Positions 21,337-32,936 of a stretch of DNA of 64,000 nucleotides are shown here, in pieces (within the stretch, counting starts at the first letter, position 1; every line of letters begins with the position of its first letter). Under the pieces are notes generated by a model, which had not been told where the DNA came from, searched no databases, and saw only the letters and a list, made by a program, of their open reading frames with translations. This DNA comes from an uncultured Pelagibacteraceae bacterium (GTDB taxonomy: Bacteria > Pseudomonadota > Alphaproteobacteria > Pelagibacterales > Pelagibacteraceae): the NCBI GenBank assembly GCA_902576335.1, contig CACGVC010000005.1, positions 204 through 64,203 on the forward strand, written 5' to 3'. Made by a program: the position numbers and the translations under genes.

Positions 21337-21354
21337 TTTCAGTTTAAAATACTT

Positions 21355-21386
21355 AAAAAGGGCTAGATTTTTCTAGCCCTTTTTTT
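21355..21386 (+). terminator. Stem-loop with U-tract after aapJ
   Basis: AAAAAGGGCTAGA-TTTT-TCTAGCCCTTTTTTT. Confidence 0.85.
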
Positions 21387-21410
21387 ATAAATTCATATAT
21401 TATCACATTT

Positions 21411-22562
21411 GTGAATCTTAAACTTAAAGACATAGTTCCTCAATTAATCACAGTCATGGCTGTGGTTTTGATTTTTGGTTTTTTTACTTACAACGCTCAA
21501 ATCAATATGGAAAATAGAGGTATTGATTTTGGATATGGTTTCTTATCACAAGAGTCTTCTTTTGATGTTCAATTTTCTTTAATTGAATATGATGGATCTC
21601 ACTCCTATTTCAGAGCTTATTTGGTTGGCTTATTAAACACAATACTTGTTTCAGTTATAGGTATAATTATTGCTACAATTTTAGGTGTAATAGTCGGTGT
21701 CGCGAGATTATCTCCTAACTATTTAATAAATAAATTTGCAGCTTTCTATGTTGAATTTTTTAGAAATATTCCATTACTACTTCAAATCTTCTTTTGGTAT
21801 TTTGCTGCTCTCAGAGCGTTACCACTACCACAAGATGCAGAAGCAATATTTGGAGTTTTTTTCTTAACTATTAAAGGATTATATGTTCCTGCTTTCATTT
21901 GGCAAAATTTTAGTATTTTCTTTTATTCGATTGTTGCTGCTGTAATAGCTATTATTGTAATACGAATTCATGCAAAAAAAGTCCAAGAAAATCAAGGTAA
22001 ACAAATTCCAGTTTTTTTTATTTCATTAGGTTTAATCTTTATTCTTCCTCTCTTAAGTTTTTTGATAGGTGGAGTAAGACTTTCATTTGAAGTTCCTGTT
22101 CTTAAACAACTAGCAACAACATCTTTTATATATGAAGGAGGAGTAAGTTTACCACCAGAACTTATTGCTTTAACACTATCCTTGTCTTTATATACAGCAA
22201 CATTTATTGCAGAATGTGTTAGAGCTGGAATTCAAGGAGTTGGAAAAGGTCAAAAAGAGGCAGCAGCATCAATAGGTCTAACACCCAATCAGGTGTTAAA
22301 ATTAGTAATTATGCCTCAAGCTCTAAGAATAATCATTCCACCAACAACCAATCAATACCTTAATTTAACAAAAAACTCTTCTCTTGCAGCTGCAATAGCT
22401 TATCCAGATTTAGTCTTAGTTTTTGCTGGAACTGCACTAATGCAAACTGGTAAAGCTATCGAAATAGTCTCTATAACAATGTTTACTTATTTAACTCTAA
22501 GTATCTCGATTTCAATTTTAATGAATTGGTACAATAAAAGAATAGCAATACAGGAAAAATAA
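21411..22562 (+). CDS. aapQ: Amino acid ABC transporter permease (AapQ)
   Basis: VGLLNT, YVEFFRNIPLLLQ, EAA loop (GQKEAAASIG), NLTKNSSL. Confidence 0.92.
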   Translation: MNLKLKDIVPQLITVMAVVLIFGFFTYNAQINMENRGIDFGYGFLSQESSFDVQFSLIEYDGSHSYFRAYLVGLLNTILVSVIGIIIATILGVIVGVARLSPNYLINKFAAFYVEFFRNIPLLLQIFFWYFAALRALPLPQDAEAIFGVFFLTIKGLYVPAFIWQNFSIFFYSIVAAVIAIIVIRIHAKKVQENQGKQIPVFFISLGLIFILPLLSFLIGGVRLSFEVPVLKQLATTSFIYEGGVSLPPELIALTLSLSLYTATFIAECVRAGIQGVGKGQKEAAASIGLTPNQVLKLVIMPQALRIIIPPTTNQYLNLTKNSSLAAAIAYPDLVLVFAGTALMQTGKAIEIVSITMFTYLTLSISISILMNWYNKRIAIQEK

Positions 22563-24004
22563 TGTCTAAAATAAATTTCTTAAAACCTGATAGAGCAAAT
22601 TTAAATACCTTTTTATACTTAGGTTTTTTTTTATTTTTCATAAGCTTCTTGGACGTTTTTTTTAATTCTTTTTTTAATTTAAATTTAACAGGTTTTTTAC
22701 CTAATTTTTTAAGCTTCGTATTACCCTTAGTATTAGGTTTTATAGGTTTATATTTTATTAGAATTGAATATAGCGGTATTAAAAGATTAGATTTATTAAA
22801 TAAACATATAAACACCAATAATTTTAACGCTGTACTCTCGTTATTAATAATATTTGTAATTATAAAATCTATTCCCCCGATACTTAGTTGGTTTGTCGTA
22901 GATGCTAGTTTTGCAGGTGACTCGAAAGATGTTTGCACAGGAACTGGTGCTTGTTGGACTTATATAAAAGTCTGGATGAGAAGATTTATGTATGGAATGT
23001 ATCCAAATGCAGAACAGTGGAGAATAAATTTATCATTTATTTCTTTAGTTTTACTCGGTTCTGTTGGTTATTTTGCTTCAGATAAATTTAAAAAATATTT
23101 AACACTTTATTATGTAGTGATTTATCCTTTGATTGCTTTCTTATTTATCTTTTTCTTTATTTCAGGTGGTCCTGTCTTTTTTGATTTTTCATATGGAATA
23201 ATAGCTGCAATTTTATCAATTATTATTGGTTTTTTTATTCCAGGAAGATTTAAGTTTTATTATTTTTTAATCGTTCCTTTAGCACTTTATATTATTTTAA
23301 AATATTTTCTTTTTTTCGAGGAATATATCGAATTAGGCAAATTGGATGGTCTAAATTGGGTTGAAACGGGTGCATGGGGAGGTTTATCACTAACATTTAT
23401 TATTTCGTTTTTCTGTTTAATTTTCTGTTTTCCGATTGGTATGGCTTTCGCTCTTGGTAGGAGATCAGGTTTTCCATTGATTAGATATATTTCGGTTGGT
23501 TTTATAGAATTTTGGAGAGGTGTTCCGTTAATTACAGTTTTATTTATGTCAGCTGTTATGTTTCCAATGTTTTTACCTGAAGACTTTTTTATAGATAAAT
23601 TGGTAAGAGCAATTATTGCTATTTCTTTGTTTGAGGCAGCATATGTTGCTGAAGTTATTCGAGGCGGATTGCAGGCTTTACCAAGAGGACAATACGAGGC
23701 AGCTAAATCCTTAGGTATGGGTTATTGGAAAATGCATATTTTTGTAATTTTACCTCAAGCTTTAAAATTGGTTATACCTGGAATTGCTAATACATTCTTA
23801 GCATTAGTTAAAGACACTCCATTAATATTTGTGGTTGGTCTTTTAGAAATAGTTGGAATGCTGAATTTAGCTAAAACAAATCCAGAATGGTTAGGTTTTG
23901 CTATGGAAGGATATGTGTTTGCAGCGATAATTTTCTGGATTATTTGTTATGCAATGAGTAAATATAGTTATAATCTCGAACAAAAATATAAAACCGATAG
24001 ATAA
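22562..24004 (+). CDS. aapM: Amino acid ABC transporter permease (AapM)
   Basis: [41 protein letters not shown]. Confidence 0.92.
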   Translation: MSKINFLKPDRANLNTFLYLGFFLFFISFLDVFFNSFFNLNLTGFLPNFLSFVLPLVLGFIGLYFIRIEYSGIKRLDLLNKHINTNNFNAVLSLLIIFVIIKSIPPILSWFVVDASFAGDSKDVCTGTGACWTYIKVWMRRFMYGMYPNAEQWRINLSFISLVLLGSVGYFASDKFKKYLTLYYVVIYPLIAFLFIFFFISGGPVFFDFSYGIIAAILSIIIGFFIPGRFKFYYFLIVPLALYIILKYFLFFEEYIELGKLDGLNWVETGAWGGLSLTFIISFFCLIFCFPIGMAFALGRRSGFPLIRYISVGFIEFWRGVPLITVLFMSAVMFPMFLPEDFFIDKLVRAIIAISLFEAAYVAEVIRGGLQALPRGQYEAAKSLGMGYWKMHIFVILPQALKLVIPGIANTFLALVKDTPLIFVVGLLEIVGMLNLAKTNPEWLGFAMEGYVFAAIIFWIICYAMSKYSYNLEQKYKTDR

Positions 24005-24009
24005 AATTT

Positions 24010-24744
24010 ATGTCTGAAAATATTATCCAAATAAACAATATGAACAAGTGGTTTGGAGATTTCCAAGTATTAAAATCAATAAATTTGGAAGTGAAGCCAA
24101 AACAAAAAATTGTAGTTTGTGGCCCTTCAGGCTCTGGTAAATCAACTTTGATCAGATGTATTAATCGACTAGAGGAACATCAAGAGGGTAATATAATTGT
24201 TGATGGAACAGAATTAACAGAGGATACAAAAAATATTGAACAAATTAGAGCAGAAGTTGGAATGGTTTTTCAACAATTTAATTTGTTTCCACATTTATCA
24301 ATTTTAGATAACTGCACACTTGCACCAATTTGGGTAAAGAAAATGCCAAAAAAAGAAGCTGAAGAATTAGCTTTAAAACATCTAGAAAGAGTTCAAATTT
24401 TAGATCAGGCACAAAAATATCCTGGGCAATTATCCGGAGGTCAACAACAAAGGGCTGCAATTGCTAGAGCTCTTTGTATGGAGCCTAAAATAATGCTTTT
24501 TGATGAGCCAACTTCAGCTTTAGATCCTGAAATGATTAAAGAAGTGTTAGATGTTATGGTTAATTTAGCAAAACAAGGTATGACAATGATAGTTGTTACG
24601 CATGAAATGGGTTTTGCAAAAGAAGTGGCTGATCAAATGATATTTATGGACGAAGGTATGATAGTTGAAAAAGCAGATACCAAAGAGTTTTTTGCTAATC
24701 CAAAGAGTGATAGAACAAAACTTTTCTTAAGCCAGATACTATAG
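24010..24744 (+). CDS. aapP: Amino acid ABC transporter ATP-binding protein (AapP)
   Basis: [36 protein letters not shown]. Confidence 0.95.
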   Translation: MSENIIQINNMNKWFGDFQVLKSINLEVKPKQKIVVCGPSGSGKSTLIRCINRLEEHQEGNIIVDGTELTEDTKNIEQIRAEVGMVFQQFNLFPHLSILDNCTLAPIWVKKMPKKEAEELALKHLERVQILDQAQKYPGQLSGGQQQRAAIARALCMEPKIMLFDEPTSALDPEMIKEVLDVMVNLAKQGMTMIVVTHEMGFAKEVADQMIFMDEGMIVEKADTKEFFANPKSDRTKLFLSQIL

Positions 24745-24908
24745 AACGTTACTTTTGCAAGAAATATTTCTCTATTTCAGGCCGAAGTAATGCTTGACAG
24801 ATATTTAAAATCCACTGTTTTACAGCTAAATAAAAAAAAAATATTAGTTGCAGTAGGTTGTAAAAACTAGTTGAATTAAGTTTTATAAAAATATTAAGAG
24901 GGGTCTTA

Positions 24909-25277
24909 ATGGAAGATAATTTTAATAAACATTTGGGCAATAAGCTTAAATTAAGAAGATTGGCTCTAGGTTTAACTCAAACAAAAGTGGCAAAAGCAAT
25001 TAACGTTACATTTCAACAAATTCAAAAATACGAAAAAGGGACAAATGGTGTAAGTTCAATAAGATTATTACAACTTTCTAACTATTTAAAAGTACCAATT
25101 AATTACTTTTTTGAAGATTTTTCAGAGTACTTATTAAATTTAGAAAAATCTCAACAGGGACATATGAATGTAAACTATAATTTTTTAGTTAAACTTTATT
25201 CAGAGTTAAATGCAGATCAAAAATTAAAGTTTAATAAATCTTTACAAGTTTCAAATAATATTTCTAAGGTAGTGTAA
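24909..25277 (+). CDS. XRE-family HTH transcriptional regulator (alphaproteobacterial QQIQKYE type)
   Basis: RRLALGLTQ...VTFQQIQKYEKGTN...VPINYFF; GAGG RBS. Confidence 0.9.
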   Translation: MEDNFNKHLGNKLKLRRLALGLTQTKVAKAINVTFQQIQKYEKGTNGVSSIRLLQLSNYLKVPINYFFEDFSEYLLNLEKSQQGHMNVNYNFLVKLYSELNADQKLKFNKSLQVSNNISKVV

Positions 25278-25281
25278 TTTT

Positions 25282-25357
25282 TGGCTCCTCGGGCAGGACT
25301 CGAACCTGCGACCAATTGATTAACAGTCAACTGCTCTACCAACTGAGCTACCGAGGA
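25282..25357 (-). tRNA. tRNA-Asn (anticodon GTT)
   Basis: Reverse complement TCCTCGG...CCGAGGA-GCCA; anticodon loop CTGTTAA. Confidence 0.96.
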
Positions 25358-25406
25358 ATGTAAATTGTCAACTTACTTTCTTTTTTAACTAAAACAAGAT
25401 TTTTTT

Positions 25407-25480
25407 TGGAGGCAACGCCCGGAATCGAACCGGGATACAAGGATTTGCAATCCTCTGCGTAACCATTCCGCCACGTTGCC
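25407..25480 (-). tRNA. tRNA-Cys (anticodon GCA)
   Basis: Reverse complement GGCAACG...CGTTGCC-TCCA; anticodon loop TTGCAAA; 74 nt. Confidence 0.96.
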
Positions 25481-25601
25481 GTATGTTTTAGAAGATAGCT
25501 ACAAGGAGTTTTATATTAAATATTTGCAATTAGTCTATCAAATAACGTTCCAATTTGATTATTGTTAATTTAGATTATTAAATTATAAACTAATTACACC
25601 C

Positions 25602-28229
25602 ATGATAAGCGATAAATATATACATTCAAAAGTTGAAGATCGGATTTATGCTTATTGGGAAAAAAATAAATTATTTAAACCTAAAAAAAATTCCAAGAAG
25701 TATTCAATTGTAATTCCACCACCTAATGTAACTGGAAGTTTGCATATGGGACATGCTTTGAATAATTCAATTCAAGACTTTTTAGTAAGATATTATCGTA
25801 TGAATAATTATGAAACTTTATGGCAACCAGGAACAGATCATGCAGGTATAGCTACTCAAGCGCTTGTTGAAAAAAAATTAGAAAAAGAAAGTCTTACTAA
25901 AGCCACTCTTGGAAGAGAAAAATTTATTGAAAAAGTATGGGAATGGAAAAATGAGTATGGCGATATAATAATTAACCAATTAAAAAAACTAGGTTGTTCA
26001 TGTGACTGGTCAAGAAATGCTTTTACGATGGATAAAAATCTATCTAAATCCGTCTTAAAAGTTTTCGTAGAATTACATAAAAAAAAATTAATTTATAAAG
26101 CAGAAAAACTAGTGAATTGGGACACTGTATTAAAAACTGCTATTTCAGATTTAGAAGTTGACCCAAGGGAGATGAATTCAAAAATTTATTACATCAGATA
26201 TCCGATAGAAAATTCATCTGAATTTATAACTATTGCGACAACAAGACCGGAAACTATGCTTGGAGATACTGCAATAGCGGTTAATCCAAAGGATAAAAGA
26301 TACAAAAAATTTGTCGGCAAAATAGTAACAATACCAATTGTAGGTAGAAAAATAAAAATAATCAAAGATAATTATGCAGATCCGGATCAAGGAACTGGAG
26401 CTTTAAAGATTACTCCAGCACACGACTTTAATGATTATGAAGTAGGTCAAAGAAATAAACTTGATATAATAAATATTTTTACTGAAGAGGGTAAAATTAA
26501 TAATAATGCTCCGTCAGATTATGTTGGTTTAGATAGATTTGATGCTCGAAAAAAAATAATTAATGAGCTTAAAGAAAAAGATTTTTTTGTAAAAGAAGAA
26601 GATATCAAAAATAAAGTTCCATACGGGGATAGATCAAATTCTATAATAGAACCTTTTCTAACAGAGCAGTGGTTTGTTGATGCAAAAAAATTAGCTATCA
26701 AAGCAAAAAAAATTGTTAAAACAAAAAAAACAAATTTCTTTCCTAGCAATTGGTCTAAAACTTATTTTCAATGGATGAATAATATAGAACCATGGTGTAT
26801 TTCTCGACAGCTCTGGTGGGGACATCAAATACCGGCGTGGTATGGACCTGATAAAAAAATTTTTGTAGCTATAAATGAGAAAGAAGCAAAAAAGTTAGCA
26901 AAAAAACATTATAAAAAAGATGTGGAATTAATCAGAGATCCTGATGTTTTAGATACATGGTTTTCTTCAGGTTTATGGCCTTTTGCTACTTTAGGATGGC
27001 CAGATGAAAAAGAGTTTGTTAAAAAATTTTATCCAACCACTGTTTTAGTCACTGGTTTTGACATTATTTTTTTCTGGGTGGCTAGAATGATAATGTTCGG
27101 CATGGAATTTTTAAACAAAGAACCTTTTAAAGATATCTATGTTCATGCTTTAGTTAGAGATGAAAAGGGACAAAAAATGTCTAAATCAAAAGGCAATGTT
27201 ATTGATCCTTTAGATATAATTGAAAAATATAGTGCAGATGCTTTAAGATTTACTTTACTATCTATGGCCTCTCCAGGAACTGATGTAAAACTTTCAGAAG
27301 ATAGAGTTAAAGGGTACAGAAATTTTTTAAATAAATTATGGAATGCAAATAATTTTTTAATTACAAATAAATGCAATTTCAATCAAACAGATAAAACTCC
27401 AAAAACAACATTAAATATCAATAAATGGATATATTCTGAATTAATAGAAGTTAAAAATAAAATTCAAAAAAACATTGAGGACTACCGTTTTGATGAAGCT
27501 GCAAAAAATGCATATCAATTTGCATGGCATTCATATTGTGATTGGTATATTGAGCTTTCTAAAACAATTCTTTACTCAAAAGATAAAAAAGCTCAAAAAG
27601 AGGTAAAAGAGGTATCCGCTTATGTTTTTAAACAAATATTAGTAATGCTACATCCTTTTATACCATTCGTAACTGAAGAAATATGGCTCAAAAATAAATT
27701 TGATAAATCAAATAAAAATTTTCTAATGTATAAGAATTGGCCTTCTGCAAAAATTAAAAAAGATCAGTCTCAAAAAGATGTTGAAAAAATCATAGATATT
27801 ATTTCTGAATTAAGGTCTTTTAAAAATGAGCTTAATGTTAGTCCTGGCTCCTTTGTAGATATATCAATAAACAAAATAGCAAAAAAAAATAAGTCATTAA
27901 TGAATAATAATGAGACAATTTTGAAAAAACTTGGGCGTATAAACAATTTTTTTGATAAAGATCAAAATAAACCATCTGCAACAATGGTTATTTCAGGTGA
28001 TATTTTTAAGATCTATTTTGATGAAAACGTTGACTTAAATATAATTAAAGAAAATTTATTAAAACGACAAAGAAAACATCAGGATGATTTAGACAAGATA
28101 TCGCAACGATTATCAAATAAAAGTTTTGTTGATAGAGCACCAAAAAATATTGTTGAACAAGAAAAAACTAACTATAGTAACTTGAAAGATGATATTAAAA
28201 AGATATCTTTAACAATTGAAAGTTTATAA
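25602..28229 (+). CDS. valS: Valine--tRNA ligase
   Basis: [36 protein letters not shown]-terminal coiled coil. Confidence 0.98.
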   Translation: MISDKYIHSKVEDRIYAYWEKNKLFKPKKNSKKYSIVIPPPNVTGSLHMGHALNNSIQDFLVRYYRMNNYETLWQPGTDHAGIATQALVEKKLEKESLTKATLGREKFIEKVWEWKNEYGDIIINQLKKLGCSCDWSRNAFTMDKNLSKSVLKVFVELHKKKLIYKAEKLVNWDTVLKTAISDLEVDPREMNSKIYYIRYPIENSSEFITIATTRPETMLGDTAIAVNPKDKRYKKFVGKIVTIPIVGRKIKIIKDNYADPDQGTGALKITPAHDFNDYEVGQRNKLDIINIFTEEGKINNNAPSDYVGLDRFDARKKIINELKEKDFFVKEEDIKNKVPYGDRSNSIIEPFLTEQWFVDAKKLAIKAKKIVKTKKTNFFPSNWSKTYFQWMNNIEPWCISRQLWWGHQIPAWYGPDKKIFVAINEKEAKKLAKKHYKKDVELIRDPDVLDTWFSSGLWPFATLGWPDEKEFVKKFYPTTVLVTGFDIIFFWVARMIMFGMEFLNKEPFKDIYVHALVRDEKGQKMSKSKGNVIDPLDIIEKYSADALRFTLLSMASPGTDVKLSEDRVKGYRNFLNKLWNANNFLITNKCNFNQTDKTPKTTLNINKWIYSELIEVKNKIQKNIEDYRFDEAAKNAYQFAWHSYCDWYIELSKTILYSKDKKAQKEVKEVSAYVFKQILVMLHPFIPFVTEEIWLKNKFDKSNKNFLMYKNWPSAKIKKDQSQKDVEKIIDIISELRSFKNELNVSPGSFVDISINKIAKKNKSLMNNNETILKKLGRINNFFDKDQNKPSATMVISGDIFKIYFDENVDLNIIKENLLKRQRKHQDDLDKISQRLSNKSFVDRAPKNIVEQEKTNYSNLKDDIKKISLTIESL

Positions 28230-29947
28230 TGCGGAAATTTAATAAGAAAAAACTACCAAGTAGACATACGTCTCTTGGTCCTGATAGAGCCCCTCATAGA
28301 TCATTCTATTATGCTATGGGTGAAACAGAAAAGGATGTTTCAAAACCTTTTATTGGTGTTGTCTCAACTTGGAATGAAGCTGCACCTTGCAACATAGCTC
28401 TAATGAGACAAGCTCAATCAGTTAAAAAGGGTGTAAGAGCCTTTGGTGGTACACCTAGAGAATTTTGTACAATTACAGTCACTGACGGTATAGCAATGGG
28501 TCACGAAGGAATGAAATCTTCATTAATTTCAAGAGAAGTAATAGCAGATAGTGCTGAATTAACTGTTAGAGGTCATTGTTACGATGCATTAGTAGGTATT
28601 GCAGGTTGTGATAAATCTTTGCCAGGTTTAATGATGTCGATGGTTAGACTAAATGTACCAAGTGTATTTATTTATGGTGGTTCAATACTACCAGGAAAAT
28701 ATAAAGGTAAAGATGTAACTGTGGTTGATGTTTTTGAAGCTGTTGGAAAACATTCCTCAGGACAAATGTCAGCAAAAGAGTTAAGAAAATTAGAATTAGT
28801 TGCTTGCCCTACAGCTGGAGCTTGTGGAGGTCAATTTACAGCTAACACGATGGCGTGTGTATCAGAGGCTATTGGTTTAGCATTACCTTATTCTGCTGGA
28901 ACACCTGCGCCATACGAGGAAAGAGACAAATATGCTAAAGCGAGTGGCCGAATGGTAATGGAATTATTAGCTAAAAAAATTAAACCAAGAGATATTGTAA
29001 CTAGAAAAGCATTAGAAAATGCTGCAACAATTGTAGCTGCAACTGGAGGTTCAACTAATGCTGCATTACATTTACCAGCTATTGCAAATGAAGCAGGAAT
29101 AAAATTTGATTTAATGGATGTTGCAAAAATATTTAAAAGAACACCTTATCTTGCAGACTTAAAACCAGGTGGAAAATATGTTGCAAAAGATATGTGGTTG
29201 GCAGGTGGTGTGCCGATGCTTTTAAAAACTTTATACGATGGTAGTTATATTCATGGTGATTGTATGACAGTTACAGGTAAAACAATGAAAGAAAATTTAA
29301 AGGGAATTAAGTTTAATCCAAAGCAAAAAGTATTAAGAGCTTACAACAAACCCTTATCACCAGATGGTGGTGTAGTAGGTTTGAAAGGTAATTTAGCTCC
29401 AGAAGGTGGTATTGTTAAAATTGCAGGACTAAAAAAATTACAATTTACCGGAAGAGCAAGATGTTTTGATAATGAAGAAAGTGCAATGAAAGCAGTACAA
29501 AGTAGAAAATATAAAGATGGTGATGTAATTATTATTAGATATGAAGGTCCAGTAGGGGGACCAGGTATGAGAGAAATGCTTTCAACTACTGGTGCAATCT
29601 ATGGTCAAGGTAAAGGAGAAAAAGTTGCTTTAATTACTGATGGAAGATTTTCAGGAGCAACAAGAGGATTTTGTGTTGGTCATGTTGGACCAGAGGCTGC
29701 TTTAGGTGGACCGATTGCTCTTTTACGTAATGGCGATGTTATTGATATAGATGCTAAAAAAGGAACGATTAATGTTCGCTTAACTAAATCACAATTAGCT
29801 TCAAGAAGAAGAAAATGGAAGGCTAGAAAATCTGATTTTGGTTCAGGAACTCTTTGGAAATATGCACAAACAGTTGGACCAGCAAGTTTAGGAGCACCAA
29901 CCCATCCAGGTAAGAAAAAAGAAGTTAAGGAATATTCGAAAATTTGA
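28229..29947 (+). CDS. ilvD: Dihydroxy-acid dehydratase
   Basis: [39 protein letters not shown]. Confidence 0.96.
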   Translation: MRKFNKKKLPSRHTSLGPDRAPHRSFYYAMGETEKDVSKPFIGVVSTWNEAAPCNIALMRQAQSVKKGVRAFGGTPREFCTITVTDGIAMGHEGMKSSLISREVIADSAELTVRGHCYDALVGIAGCDKSLPGLMMSMVRLNVPSVFIYGGSILPGKYKGKDVTVVDVFEAVGKHSSGQMSAKELRKLELVACPTAGACGGQFTANTMACVSEAIGLALPYSAGTPAPYEERDKYAKASGRMVMELLAKKIKPRDIVTRKALENAATIVAATGGSTNAALHLPAIANEAGIKFDLMDVAKIFKRTPYLADLKPGGKYVAKDMWLAGGVPMLLKTLYDGSYIHGDCMTVTGKTMKENLKGIKFNPKQKVLRAYNKPLSPDGGVVGLKGNLAPEGGIVKIAGLKKLQFTGRARCFDNEESAMKAVQSRKYKDGDVIIIRYEGPVGGPGMREMLSTTGAIYGQGKGEKVALITDGRFSGATRGFCVGHVGPEAALGGPIALLRNGDVIDIDAKKGTINVRLTKSQLASRRRKWKARKSDFGSGTLWKYAQTVGPASLGAPTHPGKKKEVKEYSKI

Positions 29948-31137
29948 TGAAAATTCGCCCTGTTATTTTATGTGGTGGCGCTGGAACAAGACTTTGGCCT
30001 AAAGCAAAAAAACATCAAGCAAAACAATTTATTGATTTTGGTAATTGGACTTTATTAGGTAAAACTTTAGAGAGAGTTAAAGCACCTATATTTGATGCTC
30101 CAATTATAAGCACTAATGCAAAATATTTAAGACAAGTAAAACAACATTTAAAAAAACACAAAATAAGAAAATTCAAGATAGTTTTAGAGCCAGCAAAAAG
30201 AAATACTGCACCCGCTATATTAAGTACTGCATTAATAAAGGATATTTCAAATGAACAACCATTAATGTTTTTGGCTGCTGATCATTTGATAGAAAAAGTT
30301 GGTTTATTCAATAAAGCTATCAAAAAAAATCAAAAGAAACTTACTCAAAACAATATCTTTATTTTTGGTATTAAACCCACAATGCCCTCAAGTGAATTTG
30401 GTTATTTTTTAACAAAAAGTAACAAAGTAACTAGATTTGTAGAAAAACCTAAAGAGGCTAAAGCTAAACAAATAATTAGTAAAAAAGGTTATTGGAATTC
30501 TGGAATGTTTTATTTGAGAAAAGACTCAATAATAAATAATTTTAAGAAATACCAACCAAATATTTATCGAAATTGTAATAAAGCAGTATTAAAAGCAAAA
30601 TATAAAAGTAATATATATTATTTAAACAAACAATCTTTCACAAAAGCAAAAGCCAAGTCTTTTGACTATGCAATATTAGAAAAAACCAAAGATATAAATG
30701 CTATCAAATTAGATATTCCTTGGTCTGATTTAGGATCTTGGAAAGAAATTTGTAAAATGTATGGAAGAAATAAAAGACAATACTTTAAAAAGAAAAATGT
30801 ATTTCATAGACCTTGGGGTAGTTATGTAAATTTATTTAATGGTAAGGAATTTTTGATTAAAGAACTATATGTAAAACCAAAAGGTATTTTAAGTCTTCAA
30901 AAACATCATCATAGAGCTGAGCACTGGGTAGTTACTCATGGTAAACCAAAAATTACTTTAAATAAGAAATATTTCACTATGAAACCTGATGAAACTATTT
31001 TTATTCCATTAGGTGCAATCCATAGAATAGAAAATCCCTATAAAAAACCAGTTAAAATAATTGAAGCTCAAGTAGGCTCGATTTTAAAAGAAACAGATAT
31101 AGTGAGATATCAAGATATTTATGGCAGAGTAAAATAA
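29947..31137 (+). CDS. manC: Mannose-1-phosphate guanylyltransferase / mannose-6-P isomerase
   Basis: PVILCGGAGTRLWP, RNTAPA, FVEKP, WSDLGSW; C-terminal cupin RPWG...SLQKHHHRAEHW. Confidence 0.92.
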   Translation: MKIRPVILCGGAGTRLWPKAKKHQAKQFIDFGNWTLLGKTLERVKAPIFDAPIISTNAKYLRQVKQHLKKHKIRKFKIVLEPAKRNTAPAILSTALIKDISNEQPLMFLAADHLIEKVGLFNKAIKKNQKKLTQNNIFIFGIKPTMPSSEFGYFLTKSNKVTRFVEKPKEAKAKQIISKKGYWNSGMFYLRKDSIINNFKKYQPNIYRNCNKAVLKAKYKSNIYYLNKQSFTKAKAKSFDYAILEKTKDINAIKLDIPWSDLGSWKEICKMYGRNKRQYFKKKNVFHRPWGSYVNLFNGKEFLIKELYVKPKGILSLQKHHHRAEHWVVTHGKPKITLNKKYFTMKPDETIFIPLGAIHRIENPYKKPVKIIEAQVGSILKETDIVRYQDIYGRVK

Positions 31138-32022
31138 TTATTTTACAAGAAAATTCACTTTTTTATTTGATAGATTTAAATGAATTTTTTTATATGAACC
31201 AAAATTATCTCCATCAATTTGAACAGGTATCAAATCATTTCCATCAATTGTAATGTTTTGTGAATAAGTAGTAATAACATTTTTATTTTTACTTAAATCA
31301 CCATTAAGAATTATTAAAAATATAGAATATAATAAATTGATCCTAGTTAAATCCTTAAATATATATGTGACTATTTTATTTTCAAAAATATTTGTTTTAT
31401 TTATTTTATGATGTCCAGCGTAATATTTGGTATTTGAAGATAATATCCAGTCTGCTTGATAAAATTGTCCATCAAAAGTAACATTTAATTTTTTATTATT
31501 CATAAACAAGAAATATTGAAAACCTTTGATACCAAATATCACTTTTCCAAGAATTTTTTTAATTTTTGAATTAATTGAATGAACAATTTTTGCATCCCAT
31601 CCTATACCAGCCATTAAAAAGAAATAATTCTCGTTAATTTTTACAAGATTAGAGGATTTATAATTATTAGAAATCAATACATTGACTATATCATCAATCT
31701 TTTTATTCATTGATAATTCAGCTTGCAGTAAATTTGCAGTCCCAGCAGGTATATAGCCTATAGCAAAATCGTCTTTAAAATTAAAATCATTCTTTATTAA
31801 TTCATTAATTGCAAAAGAAACAGATCCATCTCCACCAGCAACTATTAATCGATCATAATTTTTTTGATTAAAGTTTTTAAAAATTTTCTTAGCTTGATTT
31901 ATTGTTTTGGTCTCAAAGTATTCTACTGAATTATTTTCTTTTAACTTAGATAAAACCCTATTTATGAATTTTGATTTTCTTCCAGAGGAAGAGTTTTGAT
32001 TGTAAATTAAACAATACAACAT
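31138..32022 (-). CDS. Diacylglycerol/lipid kinase family protein (DAGK_cat, YegS/DgkB-like)
   Basis: IYNQNSSSG, VAGGDGS, YIPAGTANL, AGIGWDA, QIDGD motifs. Confidence 0.9.
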   Translation of the reverse strand: MLYCLIYNQNSSSGRKSKFINRVLSKLKENNSVEYFETKTINQAKKIFKNFNQKNYDRLIVAGGDGSVSFAINELIKNDFNFKDDFAIGYIPAGTANLLQAELSMNKKIDDIVNVLISNNYKSSNLVKINENYFFLMAGIGWDAKIVHSINSKIKKILGKVIFGIKGFQYFLFMNNKKLNVTFDGQFYQADWILSSNTKYYAGHHKINKTNIFENKIVTYIFKDLTRINLLYSIFLIILNGDLSKNKNVITTYSQNITIDGNDLIPVQIDGDNFGSYKKIHLNLSNKKVNFLVK

Positions 32023-32030
32023 AATTAATC

Positions 32031-32106
32031 CTTAAAAAATTTTTAACAAATTTGTAACATTTAAATGAAATAAGAAATACATGATTCGTGTTACAGTTGT
32101 ATTAAA
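32031..32106. promoter_or_regulatory. Pho-box-like repeats in the divergent lipid kinase / plcP spacer
   Basis: + strand CTTAAAA/TTTAACA/TGTAACA at 32031, 32042, 32053 (11-bp period); - strand TTTAATA and CTGTAACA at 32106 and 32096. Confidence 0.65.
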
Positions 32107-32120
32107 ATATAGGCCTTTAA

Positions 32121-32933
32121 ATGCCTAACATACTTAAATACAAAAGCATTTTTATTTCTGATGTGCATTTGGGTACCAAGGGTTGTCAGGCGAAAAAACT
32201 TTTAGAGTTTTTTAAAAACTCAAGATCTGAAAATCTTTATCTTGTAGGAGACATTATAGATGTCTGGGAAATGCAAAAAAGTTTTTTTTGGCCTCAAGAA
32301 CATAATGATGTAATCCAAAAAATTTTAAGAAAAGCAAGACATGGCACTAAAGTTTTCTATATTATGGGCAACCATGATGAAATGTTAAGAAAATTTATTC
32401 CAATGAATTTTGGTGACATCCATATGGTTAATAGAGTTATTCATGAGACAAATGCTGGAAAAAAATATGTTGTTGTTCATGGTGATGCTTGGGATGGTGT
32501 TATGAAACATGCTAAATGGCTATCTAAACTTGGATCAATAGCTTACAATTTATTGTTACAAATAAATGTAATAATTAATTTCTTTAGAAGGTTGAGAGGA
32601 AAAGAATATTGGTCTCTTGCAAAATATTTAAAATATAAGGTTAAGAACGCCGTCAAATATATTGGTGAATATGAAAAAACACTCTCAGATTATGCAAAAA
32701 GAAAAAAATTTGATGGAATAATTTGTGGCCATATCCATCATGCTGAGGATAGAGATTTTAATGGGGTCAATTATTTAAATTGTGGAGACTGGGTAGAATC
32801 TTGCACTGCATTAGCCGAAAATTACGATGGTAGCTTTGAAATATTATATTGGGATAAAATAAGAGAACAATATTTAGACACTCAAGAAATAATTAAACCT
32901 ATTAAAAATGAAGACTTAAAAAAAGCTTCGTAA
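32121..32933 (+). CDS. plcP: Phospholipase C PlcP (LpxH2-like metallophosphoesterase)
   Basis: FISDVHLG, LVGDIID, WPQEHNDVIQKILRKARHG, GNHD, HGD, CGHIH, NCGDWVES; followed by a GT4 gene. Confidence 0.88.
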   Translation: MPNILKYKSIFISDVHLGTKGCQAKKLLEFFKNSRSENLYLVGDIIDVWEMQKSFFWPQEHNDVIQKILRKARHGTKVFYIMGNHDEMLRKFIPMNFGDIHMVNRVIHETNAGKKYVVVHGDAWDGVMKHAKWLSKLGSIAYNLLLQINVIINFFRRLRGKEYWSLAKYLKYKVKNAVKYIGEYEKTLSDYAKRKKFDGIICGHIHHAEDRDFNGVNYLNCGDWVESCTALAENYDGSFEILYWDKIREQYLDTQEIIKPIKNEDLKKAS

Positions 32934-32936
32934 TTA

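Noticed and set aside
24749-24940. 63-aa minus-strand ORF upstream of the XRE gene
   Set aside because: No motif or RBS, overlaps the XRE start; most likely promoter DNA
20042-25480. tRNA genes as possible island or prophage integration sites
   Set aside because: No integrase, no duplicated tRNA 3' end seen; flanking genes are housekeeping
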